A stretch of 64,000 nucleotides of DNA from assembly GCA_040756875.1 (NCBI GenBank), contig JBFLYH010000002.1:703078-767077 (forward strand), read 5' to 3'. The position numbers and the translations under genes are program-made. Source of the DNA: a candidate division FCPU426 bacterium. Lineage in GTDB: Bacteria > Oederibacteriota > JAAXVQ01 > JAUVAV01. The notes under the pieces are model-generated. The model had not been told where the DNA came from and ran no database searches. It was given only the letters and a program-made list of their open reading frames with translations. Positions 22,259-31,630 of the stretch are shown here, in pieces (position 1 is the first letter of the stretch; each line of letters opens with the position of its first letter).

Positions 22259-24046
22259 ATGTCTTTCAGCTTAAGCCGACGCCAAGGCCGGAGACGCCGG
22301 CGCTGGGTGACCGCAGCCGCCGTTTTGCTGGTTTTTTTAGCCGCCGCCTTTTATTTGTACGGCACGCGCCTGCGACTGAACCTGATTTTCAACCACGCGC
22401 TGACCCTGTTCCAACAGGGTCATTACGACCAGGCGCTGGAGCAGTTCAACCGCATTCTGGAAAAGTCAGCGAACCATCCCCAGGCCGTCGACGCCATCGG
22501 CCTGGTGTATCTGTTCCAGGGCGACCTGGTGAAGGCCGAAATCAAGTACGACCAGGCGGTGAAATTCGGGCTGCGTTTGAACCGCCGTCTCAGCCACGTA
22601 AAGTACGGCCAGTATTTCCTGTCCCGGGGCAGCTACGCCCCGGCAGGGCTGGAGTTCAAGCACGCCCTGGACCTGTCGCCCCGCGACGCTGAAGCCCATC
22701 TGGGTTACGCCCTGTCCCTGCACGCCCAGGGCCGTCTGACCGACGCCATTGACGCCTACCGCAAGGCCGTGTCCCTGGATCCGGACCTCAAATTGGGGCA
22801 CCAGAAACTCAGCGAGGCCCGGTCGGAATTGGAGCGGGGCTTCATTTATTATATATACGACCGCCGGGGCACGCCCCTGGCGCGTTTCCCGGTTTCCAAC
22901 CGGGAGGGCCGCCGCTATTACCCGCTGGCGCAATACGCCTCCCATGTCATCGGCTATCACAGCGAAGAGCACGGCCAGGCCGGCCTGGAGCGCGCCTTTG
23001 CCTCGTATTTGCCCGGAAACACGGTGACCCTGACCATCGACGCCCGCTGGCAGCGCGCCGCGGACCAGGCCATGGGCTGGTACAAAGGCAGCCTGGTGGC
23101 CATCCAGCCGAAAACCGGCGAGATCCTGGCCCTGGTCAACCACCCCTCCTATAATCCCAACCGCGTGGATGAGGACTGGAAGCGCATCACCAGCAACCGC
23201 AACCAGCCGCTGAAAAACCGGGCCTTCGAAACCCTGTACACCCCGGGTTCGATTTTCAAGCTGGTCACCGCGGCCGCGGCCCTGGAAACCGAGCTCAACC
23301 TGTCCACGATTTTTCCGGTGCAGTGCCCGGGCGCGCGGCGCTTCGGCGACCAGACCTTCTGGTGCTGGCAAAAACACGGCCGTGTGGAATCCCTGCAATC
23401 CGCGCTCGATACGTCCTGCAACCTGGCCATGGCTGAAATCGGCTTTGCGCTCGGACCGGACCGTTTGTATGAATACGCAAACAAATTCGGATTCGGCGCC
23501 CCCGTTGCCTGCGCCTGGTCCTCCCAGGTGCTCGATTGCAACCTGCCCATCGCCACGTCCCTGGCGCCCATGGTCAGCGACGACCGTTTCTCCCTGGCCT
23601 CGCGGGCCTGCGGCCTGGGCGAGGACATTTTCATCACGCCCCTGCACGCCGCCCTGCTGGCCGCCACCGTAGCCAACGAAGGGCGCATGCCCGCGCCTTT
23701 CGTGGTGAAGGAAATCAAGAACATCCGCGGCGACATGCTGGGCCAAGCCGAGCCCCGCGTGCTGGCCACGCCCATCCAGCCGGAGACCGCCAAGGCGCTC
23801 ACGGCCTTCATGGTGGACGCGGTCGCCCATGGCATCGGCCGCAAGGCCGCGGTCGAAGGGCTGACCGTGGCCGGGAAAACCGGCACCACGGGCAACTCCC
23901 GCCAGGGGCTCAACGGCTGGTTCATCTGCTTCGCGCCAGCCGAGCGGCCCCAGGTGGCCCTGGCGGTGTACGCTGAAAAAGAAGGCACGGGCATGGACCG
24001 GGCCGCGCCCATTGCGCGCGAATTCCTGCTGAGCATCCTGAAATGA
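22259..24046 (+). CDS. TPR-containing penicillin-binding transpeptidase (PbpA-like class B)
   Basis: TM anchor, about 4 TPRs, IYDRRG, transpeptidase motifs SIFK (SxxK), SCN (SxN), KTG. Confidence 0.85.
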   Translation: MSFSLSRRQGRRRRRWVTAAAVLLVFLAAAFYLYGTRLRLNLIFNHALTLFQQGHYDQALEQFNRILEKSANHPQAVDAIGLVYLFQGDLVKAEIKYDQAVKFGLRLNRRLSHVKYGQYFLSRGSYAPAGLEFKHALDLSPRDAEAHLGYALSLHAQGRLTDAIDAYRKAVSLDPDLKLGHQKLSEARSELERGFIYYIYDRRGTPLARFPVSNREGRRYYPLAQYASHVIGYHSEEHGQAGLERAFASYLPGNTVTLTIDARWQRAADQAMGWYKGSLVAIQPKTGEILALVNHPSYNPNRVDEDWKRITSNRNQPLKNRAFETLYTPGSIFKLVTAAAALETELNLSTIFPVQCPGARRFGDQTFWCWQKHGRVESLQSALDTSCNLAMAEIGFALGPDRLYEYANKFGFGAPVACAWSSQVLDCNLPIATSLAPMVSDDRFSLASRACGLGEDIFITPLHAALLAATVANEGRMPAPFVVKEIKNIRGDMLGQAEPRVLATPIQPETAKALTAFMVDAVAHGIGRKAAVEGLTVAGKTGTTGNSRQGLNGWFICFAPAERPQVALAVYAEKEGTGMDRAAPIAREFLLSILK

Positions 24047-24888
24047 AAAACCAGGCCGTCTTGGTGACCGGCACCTCAAGCGGCATCGGCCGCGCCACGG
24101 CCCTGGCCCTGCTGGCCGCCGGGTTCCGCGTGTTCGGCACGGTGCGCAAACCCGGCGATGGCGCCTATCTGCGGCGCGCGGGCGGCGAACCCGTGCTGCT
24201 GGATGTCACCTCAGCCGCCAGCCTGCGCCGCGCCCTCGCTTTCGTGCGCCGCCGGCTCGGCGCCGATCCCCTGGCCGGGCTCGTGAACAACGCCGGCATC
24301 TCCCTGTGCGCTCCATGGGAATTCGTAAGCGCGGACGACCTGCGCCTGCAGCTGGAAGTCAACCTGGTGGGCGCGGTGGAAGTGACCCGCGCCTTTCTGC
24401 CCCTCCTGCGGGCCGGCCGTGGCCGGATCGTGCTGGTCAGTTCGACCAGCGGCCGTTTCTCCGCCCCGCTGCTCGGCCCTTATTGCTGCTCCAAATTCGC
24501 GCTGGAAGCCTTCGCGGACAGCCTGCGGCGCGAGCTGCTGCGCGACGGAGTGGCGGTGACCGTCATCCAGCCGGGGCCGATTCAGACCCCCATCTTCGAC
24601 AAAACCCGGCGCTGGTCAGGAACCCGGCAACCCCGGGCCTGGGGCAAGGGCGTGCACGCGCGCTTCGACGACATGGCCGCGGGCCTCGGACGCACGGGCC
24701 TCCCGCCCGAGCGGGTGGCTGCCGCGATCGTGCATGCGCTCACAGCCAGGCGGCCACCCCTGCGCCGCGTCGTGGCGAGAAACGCGGGGTTCTTTCGCTT
24801 CCTCAACTGGGTACCCATGCGCTGGCTGGATTACTTCGTGGTCCGCGCAGTGTTCGGAAAACAAACCCGATATCGCCGGTCAAAATAA
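24043..24888 (+). CDS. short-chain dehydrogenase/reductase
   Basis: TGTSSGIG, NNAG, YCCSK. Confidence 0.9.
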   Translation: MKNQAVLVTGTSSGIGRATALALLAAGFRVFGTVRKPGDGAYLRRAGGEPVLLDVTSAASLRRALAFVRRRLGADPLAGLVNNAGISLCAPWEFVSADDLRLQLEVNLVGAVEVTRAFLPLLRAGRGRIVLVSSTSGRFSAPLLGPYCCSKFALEAFADSLRRELLRDGVAVTVIQPGPIQTPIFDKTRRWSGTRQPRAWGKGVHARFDDMAAGLGRTGLPPERVAAAIVHALTARRPPLRRVVARNAGFFRFLNWVPMRWLDYFVVRAVFGKQTRYRRSK

Positions 24889-25151
24889 AGATGATTGAAA
24901 CCTCCATCTCCTCAGCCCGCTTAGGAACAGGACGCATGGTTGAGAAAGCGTTTGCGAAAAGGACTGGTCGTCATACCTTTTCGCCCCGACAGGTTTGATA
25001 TGGGACTCCCGTTGGTCGCAAACCGAGGCTGCCCGGAGCGGATTTTATGGGCGACGTGCTCGGAGAGGTGCTTCCTTGCGGAGAGTGCACCCTATGGCAG
25101 CCGTCTTTCTAAACCATGCGTCCTGTTCTTAATAGGGCCCTTTACACGCTC

Positions 25152-26156
25152 ATGCCCCTGATCCTGGTCACCGGCGCCGCCGGATTCTTCGGTTCTGCCA
25201 TCACCCGCGCCCTGCTGGCAGCAGGCCATGCGGTGCGCGCGCTGGTTGAGCCCGGAGACCCTGCGCCCGGCCTGGCCGGCCTGGCCGTGGAACGCGCCGT
25301 TGGCGACGTGCTGGAGCCGTCTTCGCTGGCCGCGGCCTGCCAGGGCTGCCAAGCCGTGGTCCACGCGGCCGGTTGGACCAGCATGCGCGTGGCCAGGCGC
25401 AGCCGCCTGCGCCTGATCAACGTGGACGGCACGCGCAATATCTGCCAGGCCGCGCTGGCTGCCGGCGTTCCCAAGCTGGTTTACATTTCCTCGCTGGGCG
25501 TGCTGGGCGGCCACCCGGCCCCCTTGCCCGTAAACGAAATCTCGCCTGCGCCCAATGCGATGACCCAGCGCCAAACCTACCACCGCTCCAAAATCCGGGC
25601 CGAGGGCATCGCGCTGTCCTTCACCAGCCTGGGCCCGGAGGTGTGCGCCGTGCTGCCGGGAATGCTTTGGGGCCCTGGCGACTGGTCGATCTCCTCCACG
25701 GGCCTGGCCCGCCTGGTGCTCAAACAGCGCCGCGCGCTTTATCCGCCGGGCGGCACCGCGCTCCTGCACGTGGATGACGCGGCCCAGGGCGTGCTGCTCG
25801 CCCTGGAGCGCGGACAAAACGGCCGGCGCTACGTGCTGGCAGGCGACAACCTCACCAACGAGCAATTTTTCACTATGATTTGCCAGGCCGCGCATCCGGG
25901 CCTGTCACCCAAACCCGTGTCTTTGGGCCTGGTGACCATCACCGCGCTTGTGGCCGAAGGGCTCGGCCGCCTGGGCTGGGACGTGGATTTTTCGCTGGAT
26001 ACCCGGCGCCTGTGCGGAATTTACTGGTGGGGAGACGACAGCCGGGCGCGGAAGGAACTGGGATGGTCGCCCGCGCACAGCGCCGCGGAAACCATCGCCG
26101 CGACCGTGGCCTGGCATTGGGAGCACCTGAAGGATTTAAACGCCAATAAAAACTAA
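25152..26156 (+). CDS. NAD-dependent epimerase/dehydratase (HpnA/dihydroflavonol-reductase-like)
   Basis: VTGAAGFFG, HAAG, YHRSK, HVDDAA; start set at MPLILV. Confidence 0.85.
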   Translation: MPLILVTGAAGFFGSAITRALLAAGHAVRALVEPGDPAPGLAGLAVERAVGDVLEPSSLAAACQGCQAVVHAAGWTSMRVARRSRLRLINVDGTRNICQAALAAGVPKLVYISSLGVLGGHPAPLPVNEISPAPNAMTQRQTYHRSKIRAEGIALSFTSLGPEVCAVLPGMLWGPGDWSISSTGLARLVLKQRRALYPPGGTALLHVDDAAQGVLLALERGQNGRRYVLAGDNLTNEQFFTMICQAAHPGLSPKPVSLGLVTITALVAEGLGRLGWDVDFSLDTRRLCGIYWWGDDSRARKELGWSPAHSAAETIAATVAWHWEHLKDLNANKN

Positions 26157-26172
26157 ACCTTGTATGTCCTTT

Positions 26173-26760
26173 TTAACCAGCCTCGTTCCGTTTTCCCAGT
26201 GGACAAGTGTGCAGAACCGAATACACCGCGCCGGCCGGGGTGAGCTGCGAACGCATCACGTGCAGGCTGTTCACGGTTTGCTCGGCCCCGAGTGCGGGTG
26301 CTTGGGCCAGCACGGCTGTGGGGTTCCAGGCTTTCGCATCCTGCGGCACGCGGGCCAGGGTCAGGTGGGGCGCGAACTCGCGCTGCTCCAGTTCAAAGCC
26401 CGCCTGGCGCAGTCCGGCTGCGAGCGCCGTCTGCAGGCGTGACAGGGCTTCCTGCCCTGTCTCCAACCCCAGCCACAGCACGCGCGCCTGGCCGCGGCCC
26501 GGAAACACGCCCAGGCCGCCCAGCCGCATGACAAATGGTTGCTGTCCGCTGGCCGCAGCCCGGCCGGCCGCAGCAACGGTGTCCACGCGCTCAGCCGGAA
26601 TTTCGCCCATGAAAGCCATCGTGAAATGCAGATTCTCCGGCCTGACCCAGCGCAATCCCGGCGCCAGGGGGCGCAGCCGGCTGATCGCGGCTTCCACCTG
26701 CCTTCGAACCGCCTCTTCCAAGGCCACGGCGATAAAAATCCGTACCAGGCTGGATGGCAT
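26173..26760 (-). CDS. thpR: RNA 2',3'-cyclic phosphodiesterase
   Basis: RIFIAV, two HxT motifs (HFT, HLT); cinA-thpR context. Confidence 0.9.
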   Translation of the reverse strand: MPSSLVRIFIAVALEEAVRRQVEAAISRLRPLAPGLRWVRPENLHFTMAFMGEIPAERVDTVAAAGRAAASGQQPFVMRLGGLGVFPGRGQARVLWLGLETGQEALSRLQTALAAGLRQAGFELEQREFAPHLTLARVPQDAKAWNPTAVLAQAPALGAEQTVNSLHVMRSQLTPAGAVYSVLHTCPLGKRNEAG

Positions 26761-26795
26761 TTATTGGGGGAGAAAGGCGAACAGGCCGGGCGTTC

Positions 26796-27194
26796 TCAAT
26801 TGTCCATGCCCGGGCGCTGGCCCATTTCGCCGGCATCGTCCTCCCCGGCCGGCGTTTCCCCGGTCTTTTCCTCCGGGGTTCCTCCGGCCGCTTCGGCCGG
26901 CTGGCTGCCGGGCTGGGCGTCCTTCTCGCGTTCCTCGACGAAGTTGAGCTGCAGCGCCATGATGGTCTGGTCCATCATGCGCTCCTCTTCGGGCGCCAGA
27001 TTGCCCTGGCTTTTGGCCTTGAGCATGCGCATCAGGTCGATCGTGCCTTCGGCCTGGGCCAGGTTGCGCTCGGTTTGGCCTGTGGTCGGGTTGACGAGCT
27101 TGCCCAGCTGGATCATGGCCGCCTCGTTCAAGGACATGATCATCTGGTAAAACAGGATCTGGAACAATTGTTCATCCGGCGGTTTGCCTGCCAT
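26796..27194 (-). CDS. DUF1844-family protein
   Basis: AMIQLGKLVNP, IDLMRMLKAKSQGNL..EE..LQLNFV. Confidence 0.8.
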   Translation of the reverse strand: MAGKPPDEQLFQILFYQMIMSLNEAAMIQLGKLVNPTTGQTERNLAQAEGTIDLMRMLKAKSQGNLAPEEERMMDQTIMALQLNFVEEREKDAQPGSQPAEAAGGTPEEKTGETPAGEDDAGEMGQRPGMDN

Positions 27195-27207
27195 GGCGGT
27201 TCCTCCT

Positions 27208-28446
27208 TCAATGTGGCCCCGCGTCCAGCAGGGCCAGTCTGAGTTCGTTCAGGGCCAGGGTGGCGGCCAGGCGCTGGATGCGCTCGCGCTCCGCGGCGTC
27301 CGGCGGCGTCCCCATGTTCAGCAGCCAGCGTTTGTGCACGGTCTTGCGGCCGGGCCCGGCCAGGCCCAGGTAGACCAGGCCCACGGGTTTGGCCTGCGAA
27401 CCTCCGCCGGGCCCGGCGAGGCCGGTCGTGGCCAGCCCCCAATCCGCGCCCGCGCTCCGGCGCACGCCAGCGGCCATGCGCTCGGCCGTCTGCGCGCTGA
27501 CCGCGCCCCAGCGCGCCAGCAGGGGCTGCGGCACGCCCAGGCGTTTGGTCTTGGAGGCATTGGCGTACGCCACCACGCCCTCCAGAAAATATGCCGAACT
27601 TCCGGGCACTGAGGTCAGGCGGCTCGCGATCCGGCCGCCGGTGCACGATTCGGCAACTGCCAGGGTTTGACCCCGCGCCTGCAGCAGCCGGCCGACCACG
27701 GCTTCGAGGCTGCGGCCGCGGCTGTCCACCAGTTCCGCGCCCAGCACGGCCGCCAGCCGGCGCTGCGCCGCGGCCGGCGCCAGGTTCGGGCCGGACAGGC
27801 GGATCAGGATTTCGCCGGGCTCCTCGAGGGTCATGCCCCAGTCGCCCAGCTGCTCTGACAGGGGCTCCAGCCGCATCATGAGCAGGGATTCGGAAAACCC
27901 GCAGACGCGGTACAGGCGTTCAGCGAGCGGGCGGCCCGGCCAGCGCAGGGCAGGCAGCAGCCCGGCGTCGAACATGGCCAGGCATTCCGACGGCGGCCCG
28001 GGCAAAGCAGCCACCCAGCCCGACTTGACGGGCAGCAGAAACCCCGGCGCGGTCCCGCGGGCATTGGCCAGCGGCGTCGCGCCCCGGGGAATCAGGGCCT
28101 GCACGCGGTTGATCGCGGGCATGGGACGCTTCAGCCGGCGAAAGCGCGCCTCGATTTTTTTCATCAGCTCCGGATGGAAGCACAGCGGGCGGCCGCAGGC
28201 CTTGGCCACGGCCTGGCGCGTGACGTCGTCGCTGGTGGGCCCCAGGCCGCCGCTGCACAATACCAGCACGCCCGGCTTGAGCGCCGCGCGGATGGCCCGG
28301 GCCACGGACTCCAGGTCATCCGGCAGGACCATCCGGATGTTCGTCGGCACGCCCGCCCGGCGGAGCCGCCGGGCCAGTTCCAAACTGTTGCTGTCCTGGC
28401 GGCCGGACAAAAGCTCGGTGCCGATGGCAAGCAAGGCCGCGCGCAT
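27208..28446 (-). CDS. cinA: CinA competence/damage-inducible protein (NMN deamidase fusion)
   Basis: IGTELLSG, GGLGPTSDDVT, AVAESCTGG, GAVS, TGLAGPGGG. Confidence 0.92.
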   Translation of the reverse strand: MRAALLAIGTELLSGRQDSNSLELARRLRRAGVPTNIRMVLPDDLESVARAIRAALKPGVLVLCSGGLGPTSDDVTRQAVAKACGRPLCFHPELMKKIEARFRRLKRPMPAINRVQALIPRGATPLANARGTAPGFLLPVKSGWVAALPGPPSECLAMFDAGLLPALRWPGRPLAERLYRVCGFSESLLMMRLEPLSEQLGDWGMTLEEPGEILIRLSGPNLAPAAAQRRLAAVLGAELVDSRGRSLEAVVGRLLQARGQTLAVAESCTGGRIASRLTSVPGSSAYFLEGVVAYANASKTKRLGVPQPLLARWGAVSAQTAERMAAGVRRSAGADWGLATTGLAGPGGGSQAKPVGLVYLGLAGPGRKTVHKRWLLNMGTPPDAAERERIQRLAATLALNELRLALLDAGPH

Positions 28447-29199
28447 CTACGTCACCAGCCCGCCGTCCACGACCAGCACCTGGCCGTTGATGTAGCGGGC
28501 CTCGTCGGACAAAAGCCAGACCACGGCCGCCGCGATTTCATCCGGCTCTCCGAAGCGGCCGAGCGGAATGGTCTGAAGGGCCCAGTCGCGGATCCGGTCC
28601 GGCAGGCTGGCGGTCATGCGCGACGTCACGTACCCAGGGGCCACGGCATTCACCCGCACGCCGAAGTGCCCGGCTTCCCGGGCCAGGGACTTGACCAGGC
28701 CCAGCACGCCCGCCTTGGCGGCCGCATAATTGGCCTGACCCACCGACCCGGTCAGGGCCGCGATCGAGGACACGTGCACCATGGCGCCCTGTTGCTGCTT
28801 GAGCTGGTCGAAAATCAGGGCACGGGAAAAAAAGAAGGCCGCGTCCAGGTTGGCGTCCAGCACTTCCCTCCACTCCGCTTCTTCCATGCGCGCGAACACG
28901 AGGTCGTGGAGATGGCCGGCGCAGTTGGCGAGGTAATCCGCCGGGCCGCGCCACTCCCGGACTTCGGCCGCAATCCGCCGCGCGGTTTCCAGCCGGTTCT
29001 CGGCCACGGCCCAGCCGCGCACCGCTCCGCCCAGCTCTGTTTCCAGTGCCTTGGCGGCCTCCTGGTTGCTGTGATAGGTAAAGGCCACCTGCAGCCCGGC
29101 GGCTGACAGCCGGCGCACCACGCAGCGGCCGATGTCGCCCGTGCCGCCGGCCACCAAAGCCACGCGGCCGCGGAAATGAAGTCCGTTGTCCGTGTTCAC
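28447..29199 (-). CDS. 3-oxoacyl-ACP reductase (FabG-like)
   Basis: GGTGDIG, GQANYAAAKAG, VNAVAPG, IPLGRFG, VDGG. Confidence 0.88.
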   Translation of the reverse strand: MNTDNGLHFRGRVALVAGGTGDIGRCVVRRLSAAGLQVAFTYHSNQEAAKALETELGGAVRGWAVAENRLETARRIAAEVREWRGPADYLANCAGHLHDLVFARMEEAEWREVLDANLDAAFFFSRALIFDQLKQQQGAMVHVSSIAALTGSVGQANYAAAKAGVLGLVKSLAREAGHFGVRVNAVAPGYVTSRMTASLPDRIRDWALQTIPLGRFGEPDEIAAAVVWLLSDEARYINGQVLVVDGGLVT

Positions 29200-29238
29200 C
29201 TGCCTGCCTCCGCCTCGTCTGTTTTCGGCCCGTTCGCT

Positions 29239-29925
29239 TCAGATTTCAGCATGATCCCTTTCGGTTTCGTATAATTGCCGCACCCGCGCCTCCAGTTCCC
29301 GGTTCAGCCGGCGCGCGGCCTTGGGCAGAATCTCCCCGGGTTCGAGCCGCCTGACCATGGGCGCGCCGAACCGCACCTCGATGGGCCGGCGGCGCGGCCA
29401 CCAGCGGCCGGCAGGCAGGGCCTCGAAGGTTCCCCGCACGGCCACGGGCACGAGCGGAACGCCGCTGTCGAGGGCCAACATGGCCAGCAGGGGCTTAAAG
29501 GGCAGCAGCGACCCGTCGCGGGTGCGCGAACCCTGGGCGAACATCAGCAGCGAATATCCGGCCGCCAGCAACTGCCGCAGCCGGCTGTACTCGTCCAGGG
29601 TGGCCTGGCGCCGGTTGAGCGGAAAATTATGGTATGAGAGCCATTGCGTGACCCAGCGCCGCCAGGGCTGCTGGTAAAAAAAATCCGCGGCCGCAGCGAC
29701 ATAGGTGCGCCGCCGCAGCGCCGCGGGCATTCCCTCGAGCACGGCCCAAAAATCCAGATGGCTGGCGTGCGTCGGGGCCAGCACCACCTGCCCCAGCCCG
29801 GTCAGGCGTTCCGTGCCGATGGCACTCCACCCGCACCAGCGCTTCAGGACCAGACTCAGGGCCTGCCGCGCCACATGTTGCGTCGCACGCCGTGGCCAGG
29901 GCGGTGGAAATCCGGGCAGGTCCAC
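29239..29925 (-). CDS. lysophospholipid acyltransferase (PlsC family)
   Basis: HASHLD (HX4D), FAQGSRT (FPEGTR-like), VPVAVRG. Confidence 0.88.
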   Translation of the reverse strand: MDLPGFPPPWPRRATQHVARQALSLVLKRWCGWSAIGTERLTGLGQVVLAPTHASHLDFWAVLEGMPAALRRRTYVAAAADFFYQQPWRRWVTQWLSYHNFPLNRRQATLDEYSRLRQLLAAGYSLLMFAQGSRTRDGSLLPFKPLLAMLALDSGVPLVPVAVRGTFEALPAGRWWPRRRPIEVRFGAPMVRRLEPGEILPKAARRLNRELEARVRQLYETERDHAEI

Positions 29926-29928
29926 GCT

Positions 29929-30408
29929 TCACACCCGGGCGAAAAAGATTACGCACCGCGCCGCCACATCTTCGCCGATGCGGGCTTCAATCTCGTACAT
30001 GGCGTTGTTGCTCAACGCCTTCAACTGCCGGCCGATGATGAGCAGCTGGTCCCCGGGTTCCGGGCTCCGCTTGAGCTCCACGTGCTTGATCCGGGTCAGC
30101 AGGACGCGCAACGGCGGCACCCGCTTTTGCAGGTATTCGTCGTACGAACCCGCGGTTTGGGCCATGCACTCCAGCAAAATGCTCCAGGGCAGGCGGTAGC
30201 CCTCCTGTTCCGAGTACACCATGCACCATTCGTTGCGCGTGATGTTTTTCAGCACCCGGATTTCGTTGTCGTCCCGCACCAGGATCCTGTCGATGAAACG
30301 GTAGGGCGGCTGGCTTTCCACAAACCGGTCCGGATGCTCGGGATCAGGCCCGGCGGCCGCCAGGTGGACCTTGAAGTGTTCCAAACGCGTCGGATCGTCC
30401 ATGTTCAA
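29929..30408 (-). CDS. FabZ/FabA hotdog-fold dehydratase-like protein lacking the HFP histidine
   Basis: PPYRFIDRI, KNITRNE, LLECMAQ, PGDQL; start uncertain (30408 or 30402). Confidence 0.7.
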   Translation of the reverse strand: MNMDDPTRLEHFKVHLAAAGPDPEHPDRFVESQPPYRFIDRILVRDDNEIRVLKNITRNEWCMVYSEQEGYRLPWSILLECMAQTAGSYDEYLQKRVPPLRVLLTRIKHVELKRSPEPGDQLLIIGRQLKALSNNAMYEIEARIGEDVAARCVIFFARV

Positions 30409-30436
30409 TCCGGCCGCCTTTCGCGAAGAATCTCCG

Positions 30437-31630
30437 TCATGCCGCCTCCAGCACCAGGGCCGCGGCTTTGCGGTCCTGCTCCAAAGCCAGCACCACGGCC
30501 CGCTTTCCGGACACTGCCCGCGCCTCGCGGTTCAGGTTTATCCTTTGCGCCAGTCCCGCGTCCCCCAGGTTCAAGGTCCCGGGGATCCGCCCCTGCCTCA
30601 GGCACTCCAGCGCCAACACGGCCGCCAACGTCCCGTGCGCGTGATACGTCTCGCCCAGCGCCCCTTTCAAGGCCGTGGCTGGCGGCAGGTTCCCGCCGAA
30701 CACGCGCTCCAGCGCCTTGGCTTCGGCCTGGTCTTGCGACGCGTGGCCGTTCCCCGCCACGAACACCGCCGACACGTCCCGGGCCTCCAGCCCGGCCTGC
30801 TTCAGGGCCTGGCGCAAAGCCGCTTCCGCTGCCGCGGGATCTCCGCCCTTTGCTCCGGGATTCACGCCCATCCCGCTCCCCAACAGACCACCCAGCACCC
30901 GCGCCCCGCGCGCGCGCGCCTCGCCTTCGGTCTCCAGCATCATCAAACCGCACCCTTCGCCCGCCGTGATCTGGTTCGGCGCGCCTAGCCTCAGGGCCGT
31001 TGCCTGCCCTGCGTCCGCGTTCCGCCGGAATGCCTGGTGGAAACTGTAGCGGAACTGCTCGTTGCGCTCCTCGGCGCCGCCGGCCATCACCCAGCGCGCG
31101 CGGCCCGCGCGCAGGGCCAGCGCGGCCTGGTCCAGGGCCTCCAGCCCGGCGGTGAACCCCGTGGTCACGGTCATCGCGAACGCCTGCGCCTTCAGGTAGA
31201 TCGTCACCTGCGAGGCCGTGGCATTGGTGGAAATGTTCAGGAAAAACGCCGGATTGAGCAGGCTGAGGTTTTGGTTCCGGATGGTCTCCACGAACTCTTC
31301 GGAAAAAATGTTGTGGTTGTATCCCATGACCAGGCCCGCGTCTTCGGGGCGCCACGCCTGCTCCAGGCCGCTTTCCTTCCTCAGCTCCCGCGCCGCCAGG
31401 CACGCCATCAGCGCCGCCCGGTTGTGGTTGCGCCAGCCCTTCCCGCCCAGCGCCTGCTTCAGGTCCGCGCCCACTTCGCCGAACCAGGCCGCTTCCTTCA
31501 CTCCGAGCGCTTCCAGGCCGCAGGGGTTCAGTCCGCTCCCGCCTTCCAACAGCCGGTTCGCCGCCTCCTCCGGCGAGGCCCCCAGGCTGCACACCAGGCT
31601 CGTCCCCGTGACCACCACGCGTTCCCTCAT
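30437..31630 (-). CDS. ketosynthase-like chain-length factor (non-catalytic), copy 1
   Basis: KS fold with TTGFTAG in place of the Cys motif, VAGNG and GETY in place of the His motifs; ATGA-coupled to the upstream KS. Confidence 0.82.
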   Translation of the reverse strand: MRERVVVTGTSLVCSLGASPEEAANRLLEGGSGLNPCGLEALGVKEAAWFGEVGADLKQALGGKGWRNHNRAALMACLAARELRKESGLEQAWRPEDAGLVMGYNHNIFSEEFVETIRNQNLSLLNPAFFLNISTNATASQVTIYLKAQAFAMTVTTGFTAGLEALDQAALALRAGRARWVMAGGAEERNEQFRYSFHQAFRRNADAGQATALRLGAPNQITAGEGCGLMMLETEGEARARGARVLGGLLGSGMGVNPGAKGGDPAAAEAALRQALKQAGLEARDVSAVFVAGNGHASQDQAEAKALERVFGGNLPPATALKGALGETYHAHGTLAAVLALECLRQGRIPGTLNLGDAGLAQRINLNREARAVSGKRAVVLALEQDRKAAALVLEAA

